Of a DNA stretch of 64,000 nt, positions 12,301 to 22,339 are shown in pieces. Position 1 is the first letter of the stretch. Each line of letters starts with the position of its first letter. The DNA is taken from NCBI GenBank assembly GCA_008632985.1, contig QPGO01000139.1:1-64000 (forward strand), in the 5' to 3' direction. Below the pieces are notes generated by a model, which was not told where the DNA came from, searched no databases, and was given only the letters and a program-made list of their open reading frames with translations. This DNA is from Psammoneis japonica. Taxonomy: Eukaryota. The translations under genes and the position numbers were made by a program.

Positions 12301-13571
12301 CCTAGGGCGGCCAATAGCTTTATCATTTTGAATGACATGTGGCCCAGGCGGTAATGCCAACGCAATAGTTCACCCTGGTCATCTGTGGCAGCAAGGGCGT
12401 CATCATTTGGTATGATGTTGATGGGTTCCGGTAAGTCCTGCTGTACCTCCGGTGTCGTGAAATCCCTTAGGTTTTCCTCGTCTGAGTCTGAACGACTTGC
12501 TCCGTCTGTTGGCTCAAATAAGACAGGAGCATCCTCATCAGTAGTGTTGCGTGCGTCTTGCGTCTCGGAAGGACGTGTCTCGGATGGACTTCTGAAGACG
12601 TCTGTATCAATTGCAGCCTCGTCATCATTCGCAATACTCTCGTCGTCTGGTGGTATGATGTGAGCTTGATAGGCCACGTGCTCGATAGTTTCGATATCGG
12701 TTTGTTCTTCGACAGCGGCTGCAAAGGTCCGGTATTTGTTGGAACCGGGTGCGGAGCGCATCTTGGCGACGTTAGAGTTGGCGGACCATGGAATCAGGCG
12801 ATGACACTTGCGTTGATCCCACATGAGTAATAGTCCGTCGTCCCTAGTCCAAGATACGGTTCCGTGAGACTCTGGCGTGTGGTCATTAGCTTGCTGGCTC
12901 CATTGCTGTGGGCAGAGAAGACAATGAGGTAAGTCGGGTACATAGAGTGCGTCTCGAATTTTAATGCTGTGCACTTGTCCCATGTCGTCCTCAATTGCCC
13001 ACTGCACTGTTCCTTCTCCCTTAGCACGTAAGTAGTCCTTGACACCGAGTACCACTTTGTTGGATTTGCGAAGAGGACCAATGAAGTGTGCCTCGTCGTT
13101 GGACATGGTGCAGGAAGAATGCGAGTCGACGCCGATTACGAATGAGTCCGAATCGTAAGTGGGCTCCGTTCGCTCGGGACGGTATGGTGTGGTTGAGTTG
13201 TACGCTCTAACCGTCTTGTATCGTGTAATGACATAGTGAGCCTTCTTGGTGGCCACTCTGGAGCGGTGACCTGGCCTCGTCGACGTATGATACCGTGCGC
13301 AGTACCTCGTCGTTGGCCGTCGCTGGTAAGTCTTAACTCGTCTTGTGCCCAGTTCAGCCAGGATATGTGAGATGACCCACTCACCCAGCGTCATTACGGC
13401 ATGTGACAGGCGCTTACACTTTTCTGAAGGAAGGGATAGCATCATGAATAGTAGTATGATCCAGATCGGTGCTGCACATTTCATGACGCCAGCGACCGCT
13501 ATCAGGAGCACTGACACAGTGACGGCTATCTGCAAGGACAGCAGCAGTGTCAGAGTGAACCTGCAGAGCAG
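9312..13571 (-). CDS. pol: Copia Pol (protease, integrase, RT, RNase H) with apparent 1-nt frameshifts at about 11402 and 9840
   Basis: PR: IGVDSHSSCTMS. IN: WHYRLGH..CAGC, SVDQL, HADNG, QNGIAEK. RT: QVDFVLAY, KNLYGQKQAGR, HVDD. RH: ADADF, ALSTTEAEF, FEDNSGAL, ADIFTKPL. Confidence 0.93.
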
Positions 13572-15056
13572 TCACTCTTGATCCACTTCATTTAGGATGG
13601 TAGAGACAGCACTTGCGAAGGAGACTTTCTTGTCCGACGTGTCTGTGGATGGAGCAGACTGTTGCTTGCGGAGTCTACAGCCTTGGTTGCCCGGATCATC
13701 AGGTGAGTGTATGACCCAAGCAGTGTGATATGGGCACCAGTGATAGTCGCGATAGTTGACGCGCTTGTGATAGTACTGATGACCGTTCACTGTCTTCTTA
13801 GGAGCGTCCTCCTTAGGCGGGACTTTCTTCCAGGCTTCGTCCGCTTTCTGTCTCTGACGTGGAGTGGTCTTGGTCTTCCTTGACCGTGTGCTTCTTTCCT
13901 TGGTTGAACCAGCCTTGGCCTTCAAAGCTTTAGACAGCTGAAGGTTCTGATCCTTGATGGAGTCTACCTTGGCTGCAAGCGCGACGATTTGCTCTTCAGC
14001 CGGTGATAGTGCTCCCCACTTCTTCTCGCGCTTGAGGTTAGTATGTTTGTTCAGTGCCAACGTCATGATTTGCGTCGGCGTGAATTCCTCACCGTCGTCG
14101 TACCTGTCCTTGTATAACATGATGTACTTGACGAATACTTCGTCAGCAGCTGCGGCGTATCCTTTGAATAGGTTCATGATAAGGTCGTCGCACTGCTCTC
14201 CTCTAGCTTGGAGTCCATCAACGTTGAGCTTGGCGTACTTGTTGAACTCTTCGATGTCCGAGTTAACAGCCGCCATGTACGTATCCAGGCTTGACAAGTT
14301 CTCGCGGAAGTAGTTGGTGGTAGAGCGTGTGTCAACGATGGCCTTTTGCGTAAGTAGCTTGAAGAATAGTGTGCCGATTTGATTTCCATTGATCGTATGG
14401 GAATCTATCTCAGCCAATGTCTTGTCTCTTGCTTCCTCCGTAAGGGATTGAGAGATCGCCTCGGCCATCTGCACATTGTTCTGTGCTTGTCGCGTAGGCA
14501 GATTCGCGAAGGTGTTCGCATGGGTTCTTACATCCTGTAGAGTGAGTAGTCCGTACTCGGAGATGAGATCTCGTGGAGTTCCATTCACGTCGGGAATGGT
14601 AAGTATGTCTCCTGCCCCTGTTTTCCATCCTGCCTCGGCAGCTCGTTGACTGAGTGTCTCACAAAACCGTTTGAGACCTTCTGAATCGCCGTTGAACTCG
14701 TGCGGCAGCGGTGCAGTAGCGGCGTTCCAAAGCTTGAGGCCTTGCGATGTGCCGTAGTCGATGAAGTTGTTGGGACGGTGTTGACCTGGAGTCAACGTGA
14801 AGATCGGCAGTGGTGGCACAGGTGCCAATGGTGGTCCACCTGGTGGGACTCCGCCTCCTCCTCCACCTCCTCCGCCACCTCCTCCTGGAGGTACACCGGG
14901 AGGAACGACTGGGGGAGGTACAGGAGCAACTGGAGCGGCTGCAGGAGCAGGTGCTGTTGCCGGAGCAGCAGCAGCGGTAGGAGCTGCAGCGGGTGCAGCA
15001 GCGGGAGCTGCAACAGAGGCAGCTAGAGCAGCCGCGGTTCGTGTCTGCGTGACCAC
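13572..15056 (-). CDS. gag: Copia Gag with Ala/Pro/Gly-rich N-terminus
   Basis: 494-codon ORF directly after the 5' LTR, with the CoDi-like knuckle HWCPYHTAWVIH...C. Ends in TGA in frame with pol. Confidence 0.88.
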   Translation of the reverse strand: MVTQTRTAAALAASVAAPAAAPAAAPTAAAAPATAPAPAAAPVAPVPPPVVPPGVPPGGGGGGGGGGGGVPPGGPPLAPVPPLPIFTLTPGQHRPNNFIDYGTSQGLKLWNAATAPLPHEFNGDSEGLKRFCETLSQRAAEAGWKTGAGDILTIPDVNGTPRDLISEYGLLTLQDVRTHANTFANLPTRQAQNNVQMAEAISQSLTEEARDKTLAEIDSHTINGNQIGTLFFKLLTQKAIVDTRSTTNYFRENLSSLDTYMAAVNSDIEEFNKYAKLNVDGLQARGEQCDDLIMNLFKGYAAAADEVFVKYIMLYKDRYDDGEEFTPTQIMTLALNKHTNLKREKKWGALSPAEEQIVALAAKVDSIKDQNLQLSKALKAKAGSTKERSTRSRKTKTTPRQRQKADEAWKKVPPKEDAPKKTVNGHQYYHKRVNYRDYHWCPYHTAWVIHSPDDPGNQGCRLRKQQSAPSTDTSDKKVSFASAVSTILNEVDQE

Positions 15057-15116
15057 AGTGACAGCAGAGTAAAGTAGAATCGAGAGCTTAAGATCGATTG
15101 ACTTAACTTGTAGATT

Positions 15117-15130
15117 GCGCAGAGGAAGCG
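15117..15130 (-). promoter_or_regulatory. Putative primer-binding site complementary to the D-arm of initiator tRNA-Met
   Basis: Element strand reads CGCTTCCTCTGCGC immediately after the 5' LTR. The complement GCGCAGAGGAAGCG(TG) resembles the eukaryotic tRNAiMet D-arm GCGCAGCGGAAGCGTG. Confidence 0.5.
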
Positions 15131-15477
15131 TGTGGGAAAGTAGCCGGAATTCTGGGATTCGTCTGCACTTTCAGTGATTAAAAGCTGCAATTGCGATGCA
15201 ACAATCAATCAGCAACTTTGTTGAACCAAAAGTTGAGAGGTGACAATCAATGCGTTAGAAAGATTGTGAGCAGTTTTTATGAGCAGATGCAGCTGCCATC
15301 TAAAGGAAACGCGAAGTTAAACAAGCGCGAAGCTAGGAACAAACATCGCATTCGTGACTCGGCTTCCGCGGGATTCGAGACTGAGCATCGCACACGGGGT
15401 TCGAATCTTGGATCTCTGATTGGAATCGTGGAGGTCCGATGTTGTTGTAAAAACATGCAAACATGAATGTTGTCACA
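15131..15477 (-). repeat. 5' LTR (347 bp)
   Basis: Direct repeat of 8922-9268. Confidence 0.97.
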
Positions 15478-16853
15478 GTCGGTGGCTCCAACCCCTTTCC
15501 AATCTTCTGGATGATGTTTCCAACGGTGAGGACATCGGCTCCTTCACTGTCACACAATGGCACAACAAAACAACAGAATAAAATTAACCTTCACATTCGC
15601 CGCAGTGCCCACCCGTAACATAGACGCACCTCAACTCGTCTGACTTTCCATCAAAGACATTTGCATTCTTAAAAAGGATGGCCTTGGCCGGAGGTGGTGC
15701 ATCGGGAGCACGGCAGTTCAACGGAAAGCACTCGGGCATGGTCTTTTGCTTTTTCAGTTTTGCCTGTCTTGAAGTTGGAGTTAGGAGTTGTGGTACCCGG
15801 TGCAGCGATTGGAAGAAGTTCTGAATGAAGTTGGAAGATGAACGCGGTGCTCAGAAGATGAAATCATCGTCTTGCGGAAAAGATGCCGAAGATTGCACTC
15901 TACATCGCTGAACGTTTGATTGCGAATGCGCGACGTCACAGCACATACGGTACGGCACTACTCAATACTTTCATACCGTACTCAATACGACTTCGACCAA
16001 ACTGCCGCCTTCCATCTTCCATCTTCATTCCATCACTTCTCACTTCTCTAGTATGAGGCTACGACTAGCACAATGTGCAAAATAGACTATTACAAACTGA
16101 ATACTTTGTATTTAAATATATAGTAAATGTCTGAATGATTGGTATGTAAAATGACTGCACATGACTCCTGCTGTAGAATTTGTACCAGTCTACGTATTTA
16201 TTGCTCTACGAACTGAAGCCCTATAGAAATGTCTGGTGTTAAGTAAATTCAAATGTCGGAGCCGCCAAAATGGACCGAAACGCCGGCCACGTCTTTTAAT
16301 AAAACATCCGAACTTGTTTATTGATTATGAAGCAGTCGGAGTTGAAAAAGTAATATCAAAATTTGAGTCATAATTTGAATAGGAAACATTTAAAAAATCT
16401 TCTAATTGTGTTACAAGTATCGATTTTTGACTACAAATTGTATGGGTTACATCTGTAAAAATGCCATAATTATTTGCTAAAAGCCGTTATCATTAAACAT
16501 CGATGTACAAAAAATGCGATACGGGTGTTCGGGACGTTTTTTACAGTTCACATTGTGCTAGTCGTAACTCCATAGAGAGGGCCTAACGCGCACGTAGAGG
16601 TCGCTTCCCTAACTAATAAACAATCGACAATGGCAGTAGTTAGTTGTCGGTAGTAGTCGTAGGTGGCACACCGCCAGCAAACATCATCTTCTCCCTCAAC
16701 CTTGAATATTTTTCCAATCTTCGAACCCAGAAACCCTGAACCTCCTGATCAACGTGGCAACGCAAAAGTTCAACGACGTTTCAACGAGGAAGAAGATAGG
16801 AGTCTAGTGTTCAGTTTGATCAGCGCAGTGGAGTCTTAAAAGTATTTCAAGCC

Positions 16854-19306
16854 ATGGGATTGGGCAGGAAGCTACTAACGGATGCTCGTACCGAGAGAGC
16901 AATCCGACAGACTGCGCTAGTGGCAGCAACGTGGGCAGTCTTCTTTTGGCCTCCCGACAATTGGATTGACTGGACGTTGCCTGTCCAGCTGGCTTCTGGC
17001 GGAAGTCTCGACTTTTACAACGTTGGATGGTCCCTCTATTTCGGCATCGGTTCTGCCTTTTGCATGACTATTGCGGGTTGCTTATTGAGCATTGTTTACT
17101 CACTTTTGCAAGACGATCAACTCGGTGCCGCATACGTCATTTTGGTGGGCATGCTGACCATATTGTCGGTACCCGTAATGCTCAACCAAGGCGTGCTCAA
17201 CAACACCATGGGCTTGACACTTTTGCTGTTGTCTGTGTTTGTGGAAGGTAACCTAAAGTATGGCTGTTGCAATACTCTACATTTTTTTCTGGTTTCTTTC
17301 TACTGACGCGTCACTCTTCGTTCTTTTCTCGTTCCTCGTTACAAAAGTATTTTATGGGCCCGTGTTGAACCTCCGGGGTGTGCTTCCAGACGAAAAGGCT
17401 GTGTTTACCGAGATTATACGACCTAGTGCTGTCGCGGCACTTGTTTATGCTGGAATGGCAATAGCGTCCTACCTGGCGCCACCCATTCACCGAGGAAAGA
17501 AACAATCCGAGAATTTGGCAGTATCGCTTCTCAACGGCATTGCACAGTCGCTCTCCAGTGCCAGCCGTAGCTTATCGGATGCAAAAGCCTTGAAAGATAT
17601 TGCTAGAACTCTCTTTCAAGAGAGCAATTTCGCTGGACTCAAAGTTCCGATTTCCTTATACGGAGAGTTTGGCCTATGGGAGATTAATCCTGTATCAAAC
17701 ACCGTTCCTCCGCGGCTGGGTGAAACCGTAGACGTGTTGGCTTTTCACACAAGTGTGGTTCTGTACATACTAGCGTCGGACGAGGTCATGCCGCAGCTCG
17801 AGGACGAAACGGTGCGACAAGTGGTAGTAGACTATCTCGAAACCACAGCTGCGTTTGTTTCCGCGATGGCCGAGGATCTAGACTCTTCCCAGAGCAACAC
17901 TGCATCCTCTGTGAAAGAAAAAATCCAAAAGGCAACCGAAGCGCTTAGGGATGCAACAGTTACTACTGCGCCACTAGTGTGGGCAGCCCTTCATGACCTT
18001 ACGATTGGCAAGGGCGAGCTGTCACACGCAGCGCGAGTCAACGTGTCTGGCACAGCAGTAGAGGAGGGAGGATCCACGGGGAAAATGTGGACAGCTGTGG
18101 ATGCGGCACGACCGGACTGGAAGGATCCGATTGGATATGTTCGCATTTTGTTCCGCACCAGCTTTATGGAACAGTTCTTTGCGCTAATAGTGCACTGGTG
18201 TCGTGGCATCTCCAGCATATGCAGAAGAAAACACGGAAGGGGGACATGGTGGAAACGCCGTGGTGTTCGCCGGGGTATTCAGTTTCTGGTGGGTATGTGG
18301 GGACTGTATGCAATGGCGACTTGGTACGTACACAGTGTTTTAGCGCCGCCGAGTTCTTTTCTTGTCTAATCTAAGATGACCTTGTTGCAGGTGGGACGAT
18401 TACCGCACTCTTCTTGGTAGTAGTTCCACAGGTCAATGGACCATGGTGTCATTTTTTGTATGTTTTCGAGCCACATCAGACGAGACGGTGAATGCTGGCA
18501 TTCTTCGATCCATCGGACATGGACTAGGTGCACTCGCAAGCTATGGAGTGAACGAAGGAGTGACATCACGCGGCGGGCGGATGGCGGTCCACTGCATTAT
18601 CAATCTCGTGCTGGTGTGGTTCATTCCCACGCCATTCTGCTTTCCATCGTCCATCAAGTTTAAGTTTGATGGGTGGCTCGGGACAGGGATCCTCGAGGGA
18701 CTTTTAACCACATACCACCTCACGGGTACCCTTGTCTATAGCACAGACATTGCTTCGGCTACAAAGGCGCGCGCCTTGTCTCAGTGCATTGGCGCACTTG
18801 CAGCCGCGATTGTTTCGGTGGTAATCTTACCGTGGTTTGTTCGTGTGGAGACACCTAGAACTTTGCGTCGCTTTAGAGAAGAATCAGTAAAACTCTTACT
18901 GTCGCCTGGCGATGCGAACGAGTCGGAAACCTATGAAGCAGTAGAGGAACTCCTGCAAGCTCGCCGCGATTGGGGAGCAGCTCTGGAAGCCAAGGGATGG
19001 GTCGGAGCACTACTGGACACGTTTGGCATAGCTATGGACGATTCCGAGGCGCAAGACGTATCGAGAGAGTTGACCAAGGCAGCCGTCGGTGCATTTGCTT
19101 TGGAAGGTCTTGCGTGTCGCCTGAATCGACTGGAAATAGACACATTCCGTGAAGCCTTGGACAAGAAGAACTGGAATCAAAGTCTAGATATCCTGAAACA
19201 GAAGATAGATGAGGAATCCGATGACGAGCGAAGAGAAGAACTGGCCGCTTCCTTTCTTTTGACTCTGTTGTTTCGCGACAGTCTAGCTGAAGTCCCTGTT
19301 AAATAA
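16854..19306 (+). CDS. Polytopic membrane protein, FUSC / aromatic-acid-exporter / ALMT-like; three exons
   Basis: Two TM clusters separated by a helical region; VSFFVCFRATSDETVNAGILRSIGHGLGAL resembles the FUSC-type repeat. Introns at about 17248-17347 and 18324-18390. Confidence 0.5.
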
Positions 19307-19794
19307 AAAAAAACACTCTGACAAGGCGGCGGCGCGGTTACAATTGAATCCCTGCTACGAACGAATCGCACACATTGCGTACATAGCTACGCAGCGCCAC
19401 TTGTAAGAAATGAGCTTGATTACAATTGCGCTCGCTCAAGAGCCCGTTTTGCAACTCTGCAACTCGATAGAACAATTTTCAAACATGCAACACAGACAAA
19501 GACAATCGATGCTATCAGGAATAGTTCACCCAACCATGTTGACAACGGACAACCGCGTCGCGGTGGATGATGGAGCGGAGCGAGAAAATGTGATGGCGGC
19601 GGCAGTTTTTGGAATTTTGGTGTTCTCACACATAGGTTCATAAAATATATTCGTATCTTATAATACATTTAAAATTGAATTGGACTTCGCGACACGCACG
19701 TCAAAGGATCATCATGGTATTCAACCTCAGTGCCATGATGGCAACCGCTCCCGCTTGTGCATCTCGACACTCGCCGGGATACCTACGCATTAGC

Positions 19795-21289
19795 ATGATG
19801 TCCTTATCCCTTTTCGTCGTTTTTGCGACGTTCGCTCCTGGTTGGGCTGACGCGGCTTTTATTATGCAAGGAGCTCTAGCGAGGCGTTGCAATGATATCC
19901 ACCTCGCAGCAACAGCTAGAGACAAGCATGACGGTGAATCTGTTGATGGATCAACAATGTCGCGACGCAGAAGTTTACAGTGGGGAGGAACACTGCTCGC
20001 ATCCTGGCTAGTACCGAGATCCCCGTCTCAGGCTGAGGCTGCAACGGGAAAGCAAAACATTCTAATTACTGGCTGCACTTCCGGCATCGGATATGAAGCT
20101 GCGCTTAGATTAGCGCGAGATGGTCATCACATTATTCTCCCGGGACGTTCTTTAGCAAAAGCCAAGGATGCGGCGGATCGAATTCAATCTGAGCTTTCGA
20201 CTGGTGATGCGCGGATTACCCCAGCCGAATGTGACTTGGCGAGTCTCGCATCCATCAAATCATTTGCAAAGAGTTCGCTGCCGTCCATCTTGAACAATGA
20301 GCCTCTTGATGTTGCTTGTCTCAATGCGGGTATAGCACGCAATACTAATGCCAAGGATGTTCTTCGGACTGCCGAAGGCCTCGAGTTAACTGGTAAGTAC
20401 CATACTGTCCTACCGGCCCTGCTGGCAATGCCGAAACTCAACTCTGAACCGTCGCTTTCAGTGGGCACAAATCACTTTGGCCATTTCTATTTGAATAGCT
20501 TGCTTTTACCTTTGATTGATCCATCTAGTGGTCGTATCGTAGTAACTGCAAGTGGTGTTCATGACCCGGAAAGCCCCGGCGGAGCTCAGGTAACTCGATT
20601 CTTGAACAAACGTTTCCTCAACGCGCGTCGCAGAATCTCAAATTCTTCCTTTATGAACCGCAGGGTGTTCCTGCTACGCTGGGAGATTTGCAAGGATTGG
20701 AACGTGATGGACCAGGGTTTGAAATGGTGGATGGCGGAGACTTCAATGCTGATAAGGCATATAAGGACAGCAAGGTACTGAAACAGTTGTCCTGACGCAT
20801 AACCGCTTGCTCGAAAATGTCGTGATGCCATGTTCCGTCCATAGTATCTCTAACCCGCTGGTGTTCTGCTTTTGTTTTTTCATTTGATAGCTTTGCAATG
20901 TTCTCTTTACACGAGAACTCCAACGCCGACTTGAAGGAGACACCGCGACAAAAAATATTAGGGCTAACTGCTTCAATCCAGGCCTCATCGTAGGCACCGG
21001 ATTGTTTCGCGATCAGAATAAATTGTTTACCAAAGTCTTTGACGTTGCAGCAACTGACCTCCTAAAAGTAGGCGAGAACCCACCTTGGGGAGGTGGCGCG
21101 CTAGCATACATGACTACTGTCGACGATCGAGGACACTACTACTCGTCGGACCCAGGTTCCAGCAAGTATGGTGATGCCGCTTTTGGGAATCAATTCACTG
21201 TGACAGGCGTGAGCAAAGAAGCCCAAGATGATGCCAAAGCAATGCGACTATGGGAGCTAAGCGAGAAGATTATAGGCGTTTCAATCTAG
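19795..21289 (+). CDS. Short-chain dehydrogenase, protochlorophyllide-reductase-like, plastid-targeted; three introns; start uncertain
   Basis: ITGCTSGIG, LNAGI, VGTNHFGHF, IVVTASGVHDP, AYKDSK, NPGLIVGTGLFR, RLWELSEKI. Confidence 0.8.
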
Positions 21290-21534
21290 TTTGCGCATAC
21301 ATACATATCATTCTGTCTCACTCTAGAGAGAGGCTAGTAAAGATAGCCCTAACCATCACTACTACCTGACCATTGAACGACAAAAAATGATTTCATTTTT
21401 ATACGAGTCTGCATAGGTTATTGAAAAATTGGCGGGAAAGGGTGGCGCCACCAAACACGTCGACTTGCTACACGACGGAGAAAACCCAAAACCACACTTC
21501 CTACATTGAGATATAAAACACTCAGTAACTCACC

Positions 21535-22026
21535 ATGGCTTCAGCAAACGTTCCTTCCTACGGCGCAGTGCCTGGCAATGAGGAGGTTGACTTCGACCCA
21601 CGCTATCTTGAAGAGCGCGCTTTGACACGGCAAGAAAAAGTTCGCAGATTTGTGACGATTATTCTACCTATTCTTGTCGCCGGCTGCATTGTCGGCGGTT
21701 TCGCATGGTTCTTGACTCATGATTTTGGACGGCTTTATCCTCGTCCGGGTACTGGCGGAAGTGGGAGTCCATCTTATCCCAATGATGCACCCGTTCCAAT
21801 TCGCCACGACTACTACTACGGTCCTCCTCCGGGAATTATTGCTCCCGCTCCAGCGCCTGCGCCGAAAACAAAGATCGAAACGCCTGCGGTTATTGCTCCA
21901 ACTAAGAACAGCGAACCAGAAAAATCAAAGAAATCATGTGACAACAATGAGAAATGTAAATCATTAGACCTTAGAGGGGACTGTTGCCCGACAACTGCCG
22001 GCGTCATGCTACAGTGCTGTAGTTAA
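21535..22026 (+). CDS. Single-pass membrane protein with Pro-rich stalk and C-terminal Cys-rich motif
   Basis: One TM helix (FVTIILPILVAGCIVGGFAWFL) and CDNNEKC..LDLRGDCCPT..GVMLQCC at the C-terminus. Confidence 0.7.
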   Translation: MASANVPSYGAVPGNEEVDFDPRYLEERALTRQEKVRRFVTIILPILVAGCIVGGFAWFLTHDFGRLYPRPGTGGSGSPSYPNDAPVPIRHDYYYGPPPGIIAPAPAPAPKTKIETPAVIAPTKNSEPEKSKKSCDNNEKCKSLDLRGDCCPTTAGVMLQCCS

Positions 22027-22339
22027 GTAAAGAGAATATCTCATCTCGTGGTGAATCGATAATCCGTGTGTCCTGTGGTTGAGGCTGAACACCAATGGCT
22101 CTAGAGAGAACAGTACACAACTGAATAAAATAGCGCAAAACACAAGTGAATCTTTGGCGGTTCCCTTTAGATTTATCTTGCGCGTCAGAAGCAATCGGAT
22201 ACGAAACACCACCGCGAAGAAACAACACAGCGAACACAAAATGCAGTGAACGGAGGCCATAATCGTTGGTCTCACAACGCATGTAATGATCTATCCCCTT
22301 TCTATCATATACCACGACCTGTAATTGATTCTTCCTCAA

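Larger units (their letters stand above)
8922..15477 (-). mobile_element. Full-length Ty1/copia LTR retrotransposon (diatom CoDi type), recent insertion
   Basis: 347-bp LTRs bounded by TG...CA; 5-bp TSD GTCGG at 8917-8921 and 15478-15482; gag followed by PR-IN-RT-RH in copia order. Confidence 0.97.
7556..15739 (-). pseudogene. Metal-dependent amidohydrolase (Xaa-Pro dipeptidase-like), coding exon interrupted by the copia element
   Basis: 5' part 15739-15478 (MPECFP...ILFKNANVFDG, intron, ...GLEPPT) and 3' part from 8916 (DQKCAIVDCTGKTLMPGLVDMHSH, GFTTCRDAGG, SQTGGHGD, IKFMAGGG, HAY, VEHG, ADVIVIDGNPL) rejoin in frame once the element and one TSD copy are removed. Confidence 0.88.

Noticed and set aside
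16060..16520. AT-rich island as a diatom centromere (similar tracts at about 28740-28920 and 50520-50760)
   Set aside because: Short intergenic tracts; low GC alone is not enough evidence.
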